Positions 37,235 to 44,952 of a stretch of DNA of 64,000 bases are shown piece by piece. How positions within the stretch are numbered: position 1 is the stretch's first letter; every line of letters starts with the position of its first letter. The stretch is taken from the NCBI GenBank assembly GCA_963761555.1, contig CAVXHD010000002.1, positions 51,622 to 115,621 of the forward strand, given 5' to 3'. The translations under genes were made by a program, and so were the position numbers. Source of the stretch: an uncultured Acidobacteriota bacterium. GTDB lineage: Bacteria; Acidobacteriota; Terriglobia; Acidiferrales; UBA7541. The notes under the pieces are model-generated. The model was not told the DNA's origin, did not search any database, and saw only the letters and a program-made list of their open reading frames with translations.

Positions 37235-38465
37235 CTATCCTTGATCCATCGGCAGCAAGAAAGTGAACTTGCTTCCCGTCTTCGGCTCGCTCTCCACCCA
37301 AATCTTTCCGCGATGCGCTTGAATCAGGCGCTTCGCAATCGCCAGCCCCAGTCCCATTCCGGAAGTGTTGCGGTCAACGCGCACAAAATCCTCGAAGATT
37401 TCCTGATGATGCTCCGCCGGTATCCCTCCGCCGGAGTCCGCCACGGAAACCTCGACGCTATTGGGCCGCGGCAGCCGGAATCGCCGCCGCTCTTCCACTG
37501 GCGCAACCGCCGCGACGCGACGCTCCCAGAAATGGGGAGCCGCTTTAAATGTCACTGTTCCTCCCGCAGGCGTATGTTTCAGCGAGTTATCCAAAAGATT
37601 CGCGGCTGCTTGTTGCACCTTTTGGTAATCGAACCGGAATGTCGCTATGGACGGATCGAAGCTCGCCTCCAGCTTTACACCCTTTCGCTGGAAAGCTTCC
37701 GACCAGCGTTTCGCCAGTTCTTCCAGGCAATCGCGAAGATCATTCTCTCGAAGCTGTAATACAAGTTTGCCGCTTTCCAGCGCGGAATAATTCAGGAACA
37801 TCGACACCAAGCGCACCAGCCGCTCACAGCTTTCCTTCGATTCCTCTAGAATGTCCCGCTGTTTGTCCGTCAAACGCCCTAGCGACCCCGTGAGCATCAA
37901 ATCGTAGTAACCCTTAATCACGGCAAGAGGCGTTTTCAATTCGTGCGCCGCAGACGCCAGAAACACCGTCTTCTGCCGGTTCACTTCCTGCAATTTCAGA
38001 TATGCTGCAAGCAAATTCCGGTACGTGATTTCTCGTTCCTGTAGCAGTTCCTGCACCGTGAGCTGCGTCGCTACCTCGGCGGCCGTCTCCCCCGTAGATA
38101 CCGTCTTCAAGCTGCACCAGCAAGCACCCCGGCTCTGGAATCCATTGAATTCGGGCGCGCGTCTTCTTCTCGCCCCGCGCCACGTCTACTTCCAGCTCGC
38201 GCTCGCCAGCGTCGATCTTTTGCGCTATCTCGCTGGGCTCAACCTTCAACAAGTCGTTGAAGAGATTCACTTGCTCGGAATCGCTCGGAGCATCCGCACC
38301 AAGAAACTGGCGCGCGGTGGCGTTCGACATCAGTAGCCGCCCGTCCCTTTCCGTGATCCAGATTGCTGTTTTTGCGGCGCTCAGGAGCGCACTCACGAGT
38401 CCCGCGGGCAAGGCGAGGACCTTCCGATGCTCAGGAGCTGTAAGGGGAGCAAGTATCCCACTCAT
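37235..38465 (-). pseudogene. cytoplasmic PAS sensor histidine kinase, frame broken between PAS and HisKA
   Basis: ORF 37914..38465 carries the PAS-like part (AIWITERDGRLLMSNATARQFLG ... CLLVQLED). ORF 37235..38110 carries the HisKA H-box SAAHELKTPL plus HATPase_c (DSGGGIP, GMGLGLAIAK). Removing one nt near 38101-38102 gives LLVQLEDVSTGETAAEV. Confidence 0.7.
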
Positions 38466-38695
38466 TTAGTGTGTTCGCCTCCCCAGGGTAACAGGAAAAC
38501 TTTTTCCCTAGCGGACTGCTCATGCTGGCAGAGGTGTCCAGGACTGTCAATGGCAAAAGCGTTCCATTTGCACATTTACGGAACCCAAGTGGCTAGACCG
38601 TGCACAAGACTAGGTGCGTCAAAAAATGTCGCTCTGAACTTGTCCATAATTCATTGAAAACAAAACTTGTTATTGCGTTCTTCGCACCCCAAATA

Positions 38696-38711
38696 TGGCA
38701 CTCGATATGCT
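38696..38711 (+). promoter_or_regulatory. sigma-54 type -24/-12 promoter candidate upstream of PilZ gene
   Basis: TGGCACTCGATATGCT, i.e. a perfect TGGCAC -24 box with GC at the correct -12 position. It ends 36 nt before the ATG at 38747. Confidence 0.45.
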
Positions 38712-38746
38712 CGTTCCCGTACTAGATCTCGGGTACTAAACCAACC

Positions 38747-39100
38747 ATGGCACACAGTGGTCTTCTGAAGGACGGTCAGCGCGTGGAGCCCTCTAACCTC
38801 AGACGGTCCCCTCGCATTCGTTTGCAAATGCCGGTCTTCTTGCGCGCTACGGACACCTCCGGTGTCGAATTCATCGAGCTCACCAAAACTCTCAATATTA
38901 GTGCCACGGGCACCTGCGTAGCATCTGCGCACATTCTCCGGCCCGAACAAATCGTCCACCTGACGATTCCCGCACCTTCCTCGGCAGCTTCAGGGGTCGT
39001 TCCCAGCGAGACCCCTCCCATTACCGCCAGGGTCCTCCGTCAGGATTCTGCGGGGGATATGCGGCTTTTTGGGCTGGAATTCCTCAAGCCACTTGAGTAA
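38747..39100 (+). CDS. PilZ-domain protein
   Basis: 117 aa. RRSPRIR (RxxxR) and NISATG (NxSxxG). Confidence 0.75.
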   Translation: MAHSGLLKDGQRVEPSNLRRSPRIRLQMPVFLRATDTSGVEFIELTKTLNISATGTCVASAHILRPEQIVHLTIPAPSSAASGVVPSETPPITARVLRQDSAGDMRLFGLEFLKPLE

Positions 39101-39277
39101 AGTGTTGCCTCTTTGAGAGACGGCTCGTCCCGGACCGGGTAAAAAGGTTACGTCGACTCGGACTGTTGTCGCGCCCATCTTTCAAGAAGTTGTTCTATAC
39201 TCAGCTTTTTCAAGGAGATAGTCAGGAACCAAGGTCACCCAGATGCGCCCCGGAGCCGGTCGACGCCCTTCTTTAAT

Positions 39278-39293
39278 TGGTCTTAGGCTTGCT
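39278..39293 (+). promoter_or_regulatory. sigma-54 type -24/-12 promoter candidate upstream of the GGDEF-PilZ gene
   Basis: TGGTCTTAGGCTTGCT, i.e. TGG-N8-TTGCT with correct spacing. It lies about 77 nt before the ATG at 39370. Confidence 0.35.
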
Positions 39294-39369
39294 CCTTATA
39301 GAAAGAGAAAGCAGTATGTGCTTTCCCCAAACCCCGCGGGGATAGGCTAGATTCAGGTGTAAACCGGAT

Positions 39370-40662
39370 ATGCCCAGCCCCGGCGCCCCTGCGCCCCCGC
39401 GCTTGCCGATTGAGGACTCTTATCTCGAGCTGCTCGCTGACACGCTCGAAAGCTTGGATATTCCTGCGCGCGGCCAGTTTCTGCAACGCTATTTCCGCAC
39501 CATCACCCATCTTGAACTTCGAGAAGCGCAGTGCGTGCAGCTTTGGGATGAGATGCTCACCCGCAGGCGCGAACTCAGCGAACACATGGAGCGGCAAATC
39601 TCCTTGAAAACGGCCCTTATGGATGTGCTTACTTCCGCTGGACTTTTCCGCGTTCCCATCCTCATCGAGTACGACGAACTCAAAAAACTCCAGTTGAACG
39701 CCGTCACGGATGCGCTCACCGGCCTCTACAACCGCCGTCTCTTTAGCGAATCCTTCGAAAAAGAGCTAAATCGTGCGCGCCGTTATGGCCAGCCTCTCGG
39801 CCTCGTCATTCTCGATTTGCACCGCTTCAAGGAAGTCAATGACAAGCACGGACATCCGCGTGGCGATGAAGTCTTGCGCGCTGCCGCCGCAACGCTGAAA
39901 AAAGCTCTCCGCACTTCGGACTCCGCCTTCCGCATCGGCGGCGACGAATTCGCTCTCCTGCTCCCCCAAACGGATGCCGCACAGGCCGTTGCGCTCAGTC
40001 GCCGCATCGGCACGGTCTTCAGCGAATCCATCACCCACTTCCAGATGGGCGTTAGCGTCAGCATGGATCACGGCGTCGCCACTTTTCCGCAGGACGGCGA
40101 ACAAGCCGATCAATTGATTCGTGTTGCGGATGAGCGCCTCTACCGGTTGAAACACGCAAATCACGGCAAAACTCCCGCCGCTGGTCCCCGCACGGAACTT
40201 GCCTCTAGTTCCGCTCCCGAGCCATCCTCTGCCTCCTCCGAGCACCAGCCCTCCGCTCCTCGACCTATCCCCTTCGAATCGAAGCGTCCGCCCGAAAAAT
40301 CCGAAGCCCATCTCGCTGCCGCCGCTTCCGCAACGGCTTCTGAAATCTCCGGCAACCAGGCTCTCGCCGTTCCAACGCCTGCCCATGTCTATCCCGTGGC
40401 ACGCAAAGCCGAGCGCGTCTCCATGACCGGCACAAATGCGTACGCCGTTCTCGGCGAACAGGGCGTTCGTCGCGCCCGCGTTTTGGATCTCGGTTTTGGT
40501 GGAGTTGCTCTCGAACTGGAATCGCACGAAGAAATTCCGGAAAGCATTCTCGCCGTTTTGCACGTGCCCATTCTTCCGCCAGTACGCGTCAATCTTAAGC
40601 CCGTGTGGACCCAGCGCAGCCAGCAAGGCATCTATCGCGTCGGCTGCGCCTTTGTCTCGTGA
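39370..40662 (+). CDS. diguanylate cyclase (GGDEF with I-site) fused to a C-terminal PilZ-like domain
   Basis: 430 aa. DALTGLYNRR, LDLHRFKEVNDKHGHPRGDEVL, and RTSD (RxxD) five residues before GGDEF (RTSDSAFRIGGDEFALLL). Low-complexity linker. The C-terminus carries RKAER and DLGFGG, a PilZ-like pair. Confidence 0.85.
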   Translation: MPSPGAPAPPRLPIEDSYLELLADTLESLDIPARGQFLQRYFRTITHLELREAQCVQLWDEMLTRRRELSEHMERQISLKTALMDVLTSAGLFRVPILIEYDELKKLQLNAVTDALTGLYNRRLFSESFEKELNRARRYGQPLGLVILDLHRFKEVNDKHGHPRGDEVLRAAAATLKKALRTSDSAFRIGGDEFALLLPQTDAAQAVALSRRIGTVFSESITHFQMGVSVSMDHGVATFPQDGEQADQLIRVADERLYRLKHANHGKTPAAGPRTELASSSAPEPSSASSEHQPSAPRPIPFESKRPPEKSEAHLAAAASATASEISGNQALAVPTPAHVYPVARKAERVSMTGTNAYAVLGEQGVRRARVLDLGFGGVALELESHEEIPESILAVLHVPILPPVRVNLKPVWTQRSQQGIYRVGCAFVS

Positions 40663-40705
40663 AAGCCCGCATCTTTTTCTGAAGCCCTTCCGTCGACATT
40701 CTGCT

Positions 40706-41239
40706 TCAACTGCCAGCATGTGCCAAATGGAGCCGCAAATGGCGTGAAGTGAACAGCAATGCTTGTTGGATGTGCGCGAGTCCCAAGCCCCAGCGCAGCA
40801 GCGCCTGCTCCGGCGAATCTCCCTTCGCGGTGAGCCTCACCCACAGCGCGAGCCCCTTCTGCTTCCGCTGATCCTCGACATCGGAACCGCCGACCGAAAT
40901 GCTTGCCGCCGTCAAACACAATATCGTTTCGAGCGAGTCCCTGGACCCAGCTTCGCTCAAAAGCTCAACGAGTTTCTCCACCAGCATGAAATGCAGGCCC
41001 TTCTGTCGGCTGTACTCGGCCTGCCGAAACTCCAGAACAATATCCTCTGAGCAAACAACCCCGACCGCCGAGGCGGTCTCCCCAGGTCCCGCCAAAGGCT
41101 GGGCGATACAAAACAGTGAATCGTCACTCTCAATCGCTGCCAGAAAATTCTTGACCGCCAGGTTTTGCCCCGCCTCTCCATTGCCTCTGCGGGTCTCTTT
41201 CATGCCTTTTTCTATCTTCTCAATCACTTCGACGCGCAT
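40706..41239 (-). CDS. hypothetical protein
   Basis: ORF 40706..41281 trimmed to MRVEVIEKIEKG (ATG at 41239). No recognisable motif. Confidence 0.4.
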   Translation of the reverse strand: MRVEVIEKIEKGMKETRRGNGEAGQNLAVKNFLAAIESDDSLFCIAQPLAGPGETASAVGVVCSEDIVLEFRQAEYSRQKGLHFMLVEKLVELLSEAGSRDSLETILCLTAASISVGGSDVEDQRKQKGLALWVRLTAKGDSPEQALLRWGLGLAHIQQALLFTSRHLRLHLAHAGS

Positions 41240-41380
41240 GCCTGCGAAGCTACGCGAACGGAATTCGCCCCGCAAGAGCAATCGCGTTTAGGCTCCTCTT
41301 CTCGTTCCCTCGCTTCTCTGATTTCAGCCGCATCTCTCTCCTGCTAGAATCTCCCCGCCTTTCCATCGCGCGGAGGCAGC

Positions 41381-41890
41381 ATGAATGAACCCACCGCAAG
41401 CCGTCCTCACTGGCCAGACTACGGAGCAATGCCCACGGACCCCGAAAAGGGACTGAAACCTTGGAGCTGGGCCCTCGAGCGTCTCGAAAAATCCCATAAC
41501 TATTGGATTGCTACGACGCGTCCCGGCGGCCGTCCTCACCTCATGTTGGTCTGGGGCGTCTGGTGGGAAGATGCTTTCTGGTTCAGCACGGGCCCGAACA
41601 CTCGCAAGGCAAAAAACATCGCCGCGCACGCACACTGTTGCATCGGCACGGAACACGCCGACGAAGCCGTCCTCCTCGAAGGTAGTCCTCAGGAAATCAA
41701 AGACCGCGCCGTCTGGAAGCGTCTTGCCGCCGTCTACAACGCAAAATATGGCGGCGATGTCGAACCCATGCTCACCGCCTCCGGCGGCAACGTCTACCGC
41801 GTCGAGCCGCAAACCGCCTTCGCCCAGGACGAGCACACCCCCAACTTCGCCGAGTCCGTCACCCGCTGGCGCTTCGCTCAAAAGAAGTAA
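41381..41890 (+). CDS. pyridoxamine 5'-phosphate oxidase-family (split-barrel flavin/F420-binding) protein
   Basis: 169 aa. YWIATTRPGGRPHLMLVWGVWWEDAFWFSTGPNTRKAKNI is typical of the PPOX-like family. Confidence 0.65.
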   Translation: MNEPTASRPHWPDYGAMPTDPEKGLKPWSWALERLEKSHNYWIATTRPGGRPHLMLVWGVWWEDAFWFSTGPNTRKAKNIAAHAHCCIGTEHADEAVLLEGSPQEIKDRAVWKRLAAVYNAKYGGDVEPMLTASGGNVYRVEPQTAFAQDEHTPNFAESVTRWRFAQKK

Positions 41891-41914
41891 GCCCAAGCGA
41901 TCCTGTCCCGCCCC

Positions 41915-41943
41915 TTGACGCGCCCTTCCATACCGTCTAATAT
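41915..41943 (+). promoter_or_regulatory. sigma-70 type promoter candidate
   Basis: TTGACG-N17-TAATAT, ending 22 nt before the ATG at 41965. Confidence 0.4.
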
Positions 41944-41964
41944 TTAGACATCAATTGGATTCTT

Positions 41965-42513
41965 ATGACCAAATACCCACTCAAGCTTAAACAGGCAAGC
42001 GCCGTCCTCGAGGTTCAGCCTAAGGAATTGCAAAACCTGGTCCAATTCGGCGTCGTAAGGCCTCGGCGTTCGCAAGGCGTCTATCTCTTCGACGCCAATA
42101 CGCTCCTCGTCGCAAAGATCGCTTCTTGCCTGAAGGAATATCTCGGAACCCGCACGAATGTACTTTCCAGACTTATGGAAGCCTTCTTATCGGCCGGCGA
42201 AAAAATGAAGTCTGAGAATCCAGAATACGTTGTTTTTAACTGCCGCCTCTCTAAGAAAGAGTGCCCGGTGAAGCTCGCCGTGCCGTTTCGCGCGTTGGGA
42301 CAGCAAATCGAAGAACGCCTCAGCCGCGCCGCGCTCCATCGGGATTTGCCGCGAGGGCGGAAGCGACGCGGATGGAAGCAGGAATTTCTACGCTCGTTGG
42401 CAGACGCCGCAAAAGACATCGGCGAAGTTTCCGAACAAGAAATCCTTCGGACCATTCGCGCCTATCGCAAGCAAAAACGGGTGCCGGAGATCACCGTTGT
42501 CGCCGAACCCTAA
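41965..42513 (+). CDS. putative antitoxin / HTH protein paired with PIN toxin
   Basis: 182 aa. N-terminal HTH-like LKQASAVLEVQPKELQNLVQFGVV. 17-nt overlap with the downstream PIN gene. The family is not firmly recognised. Confidence 0.4.
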   Translation: MTKYPLKLKQASAVLEVQPKELQNLVQFGVVRPRRSQGVYLFDANTLLVAKIASCLKEYLGTRTNVLSRLMEAFLSAGEKMKSENPEYVVFNCRLSKKECPVKLAVPFRALGQQIEERLSRAALHRDLPRGRKRRGWKQEFLRSLADAAKDIGEVSEQEILRTIRAYRKQKRVPEITVVAEP

Positions 42514-42931
42514 GAGGCGAAGGCCGCGTTTCGTCATCGACACGAGTGTCTTGGTCGCCGGCATATCCGGCTTCAGAGATCAATACGTGACTGGCACGAA
42601 TCCAAGCGCGGATCTACTCTTCCGGTGGGCGCAGAAGAACAACTTTATTTGGTTGGTTTCTGAGGATATTTTGGAAGAATACAAGGCCGTTCTAAAACGG
42701 CTTCGCGTCCATCCGAATCATATCGGCAGTGTCGTCAATCTGATTCGGGAACGCGCCCAATTTTTCAAACTTCGTTCCGCACCTGGGATTTCTCCCGATC
42801 CCAAAGATGACCCATTTTGTTTTTGTGCCAATCAAGGCAAAGCGCACTTCCTTGTCACGTTGGATCTCAAGCACTTTCCGCAACACCTCCTAAAGGCTTC
42901 CGTCGTCTCGCCCGCACGATTTCAGACTTAG
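42497..42931 (+). CDS. PIN-domain toxin (TIGR00305-like family)
   Basis: 144 aa. FVIDTSVLVAG, SEDILEEYKAVLKRL, PKDDPFCFCANQGKAHFLVTLDLKHF. Confidence 0.75.
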   Translation: MSPNPKRRRPRFVIDTSVLVAGISGFRDQYVTGTNPSADLLFRWAQKNNFIWLVSEDILEEYKAVLKRLRVHPNHIGSVVNLIRERAQFFKLRSAPGISPDPKDDPFCFCANQGKAHFLVTLDLKHFPQHLLKASVVSPARFQT

Positions 42932-43422
42932 CTCTGCCCGCGCGCACCAGTCCCTTTCGGCGCCGCGTTCCACATCTCTTGTTTCACCTTCCACTCCCCG
43001 TTAGCCTCGCGGTGCAGCACCAATGCCATCTTCCCGCGCGACTCGATTAACTTTTCCTTCCCAGGCGGTTGCACCACCTGATGCTCCGTCGCCCATTCCG
43101 AAGCCCAATCTCCCGAAATATGAATGTCGTAAAACTCCACTTCCTCTGTTACCACTTTGTAGCCCTGCATTTGCGACACAATCTTCTCCACCCAGGCGAC
43201 GATCGCCTTCTTCCCGATCATTGGGGCCTCTCCGGGCATCAAGTCCACGCCATCTTCTGCCCAGGTTGCCAAAATCGCCTCAGTGTCCATTTTCAGGTGC
43301 ATCTCGATATACCGCTTGTTGAACAGCTCAATTTCCTCCCGCGAGCCCACTCCGCCGCCGAACGTCCCCATCGCCACTCCGCCCGCCACAATAGCCGTAG
43401 CCATCACGCGCATCCACTTCAT
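42928..43422 (-). CDS. SnoaL/DUF4440-like (NTF2 fold) exported protein
   Basis: 164 aa. Signal-like MKWMRVMATAIVAGGVAMG. NTF2-like core with a terminal GEWKVKQEMWN. Confidence 0.55.
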   Translation of the reverse strand: MKWMRVMATAIVAGGVAMGTFGGGVGSREEIELFNKRYIEMHLKMDTEAILATWAEDGVDLMPGEAPMIGKKAIVAWVEKIVSQMQGYKVVTEEVEFYDIHISGDWASEWATEHQVVQPPGKEKLIESRGKMALVLHREANGEWKVKQEMWNAAPKGTGARGQS

Positions 43423-43579
43423 ACATCACCCCCTTCGTTCTTGCGTCCCCGTCCGCAGTGTTCCCCGAGTGGTTCTAGGCCCGAAAACATAACCTAACAT
43501 CGCCCCAAATTCCATGTACGCGAGAACGCCAAACTCGGCACTCCCATTTTTCCTTTTTAGCCCACATTCTGCCGCGAAT

Positions 43580-43608
43580 TTGGAAATATCACCCTCTTCC
43601 CGTATAAT
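43580..43608 (+). promoter_or_regulatory. sigma-70 type promoter candidate for rpmE
   Basis: TTGGAA-N17-TATAAT. It would give a leader of about 105-110 nt before the rpmE ATG. Confidence 0.5.
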
Positions 43609-43722
43609 TAGTGTTTGCCTCGCGACCTAGCGACGCGGTTGTAGCTCACCTTTTCACCGGTGACGCTCTTCTCCCCGAATTCCGGGAGGCCGTGCAGACC
43701 GGACGCGACAGAATGGAGCCTC

Positions 43723-43971
43723 ATGAAACCCGGTATTCACCCCGATTATCACGCCGTAACCGTGCACTGCGCCTGTGGCCACAATTTCCAGACTCGCTCC
43801 ACCATCAAGGGCGACCGCCTGAACGTCGAAATCTGCTCCAATTGCCATCCTTTCTTCACCGGCAAACAAAAGCTGATTGACACCGCCGGCCGCGTCGAAC
43901 GCTTCACCAAGAAATACGCCGACGCCGCCGCCAAAGTCGAAGCCTCAAAGGCCACCGCCGCCAAAAAGTAG
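43723..43971 (+). CDS. rpmE: 50S ribosomal protein L31
   Basis: ORF trimmed to [27 protein letters not shown]...[10 protein letters not shown] (Zn-ribbon C-x-C...C-x-x-C form). Confidence 0.9.
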   Translation: MKPGIHPDYHAVTVHCACGHNFQTRSTIKGDRLNVEICSNCHPFFTGKQKLIDTAGRVERFTKKYADAAAKVEASKATAAKK

Positions 43972-44008
43972 CGCCCGCGCGCGACTCGTGACTTCTAGAT
44001 AAATCAAA

Positions 44009-44043
44009 GGGAGACAGACTGGGAGTCTGTCTCCCTTTTGTTT
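44009..44043 (+). terminator. rho-independent terminator after rpmE
   Basis: GGGAGACAGAC-TGGGA-GTCTGTCTCCC (11-bp perfect stem) followed by TTTTGTTT. Confidence 0.7.
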
Positions 44044-44065
44044 CGCTTGTGTATTCTCGGAACCA

Positions 44066-44482
44066 TCACACGAAGGGATTTTCCACGGGAATCTGGAAGT
44101 AACTCTGTCCCGTGTTCAAGTCTTCAGAAAGAATTCTTCCGCACCCTCCGCGCTCCGCCGCAGCCACAATCATTCCATCGTAGAAGTGAATTCCGTAGGC
44201 CGCTCGTGCCTCGACCGCTCGGCGCACCATTCCATGGTCCGGAGAAACTACACTCAAAAGCCAGAGCGCGTCCAACGCGATGAGCACGACTTCCGGTCGC
44301 ATCGGCGGCGCCGCCTTGTGTAGAAGGGTCGCTGCGAATTCCGCCAGCACTTGGCTAGACACAACGCCTTCTCCGCTCAGCGCTCTCTCTACTATCCCTT
44401 GCGCTATCTTCTGTTTTCGCGCATCGCCAGGCACGTACGCGTACACCAAAATGTTCGTGTCCAGAAAATCAGGACCGCTCAT
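44066..44482 (-). CDS. vapC: PIN-domain toxin VapC
   Basis: 138 aa. FLDTNILVYAY and the acidic-residue pattern of PIN domains. 14-nt overlap with the upstream antitoxin. Confidence 0.8.
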   Translation of the reverse strand: MSGPDFLDTNILVYAYVPGDARKQKIAQGIVERALSGEGVVSSQVLAEFAATLLHKAAPPMRPEVVLIALDALWLLSVVSPDHGMVRRAVEARAAYGIHFYDGMIVAAAERGGCGRILSEDLNTGQSYFQIPVENPFV

Positions 44483-44708
44483 GTAGGTCCTCTCGCCTCC
44501 AATTCCGCTTCCCTAGCCGAACCTTCACCAGTTCAAAGCTCCTTTGCAGCGCCTGCAACTCCCGCTTCTTTCGCCCCGATTTCGCGTTTTCCGCAGCAAC
44601 TTGCTCGAGGTACGCCCGCACCAATCCCGTCAGCGTCGTTTCTCGATCCGACGCGATCTTCCGCACTTCCTTCACCAGGTCATCGTCCAGCGTCAGCGTA
44701 ATATTCAT
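44469..44708 (-). CDS. vapB: ribbon-helix-helix antitoxin (VapB-type)
   Basis: 79 aa. MNITLTLDDDLVKEVRKIASDRETTLTGLVRAYLEQV has the RHH pattern. Confidence 0.7.
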   Translation of the reverse strand: MNITLTLDDDLVKEVRKIASDRETTLTGLVRAYLEQVAAENAKSGRKKRELQALQRSFELVKVRLGKRNWRREDLHERS

Positions 44709-44712
44709 GTCT

Positions 44713-44767
44713 CACCCACAATAAGGGAAGCTCTACCCATAATAAGGGAAGCTTGCCTTCCCTGCAA
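44713..44767 (-). promoter_or_regulatory. vapBC promoter with tandem 21-bp operator-like direct repeats
   Basis: Minus strand: TTGCAG (44767-44762)-N17-TATTAT (44744-44739). Plus-strand repeats are cacccacaataagggaagctc (44713-44733) and tacccataataagggaagctt (44734-44754), 18/21 identical, and they overlap the -10 box and the leader. Confidence 0.45.
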
Positions 44768-44789
44768 TCCCCTCGGTTCTCCGTCTCCA

Positions 44790-44915
44790 TTCTCTGTGAA
44801 TCTCCGCGCTCTCTGCGCCTCCGCGTTATCCTTCCTTTTCTTTCTCTTTTCTCCTCCTTCCAATTTCGATCTCTCGATTCTCGACCTTCGCATTTTGCAT
44901 TTCGAATTTCGGCTT
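44790..44915. repeat. dispersed short repeat, composite copy (CTCTGCGCCTCYGCGTTATC module + TTCGAT/TTTCG module)
   Basis: 44790-44835 is 37/46 identical (hand count) to 53490-53535. The downstream TTCGAT/TTTCG-rich part resembles 52751-52797. Confidence 0.55.
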
Positions 44916-44952
44916 TCCGCGCCACCACACCCGTGTAAAATGAACCACCAAC

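Noticed and set aside
39766-40719. 317-aa minus-strand ORF
   Set aside because: It is antisense to the GGDEF-PilZ gene and has no motifs.
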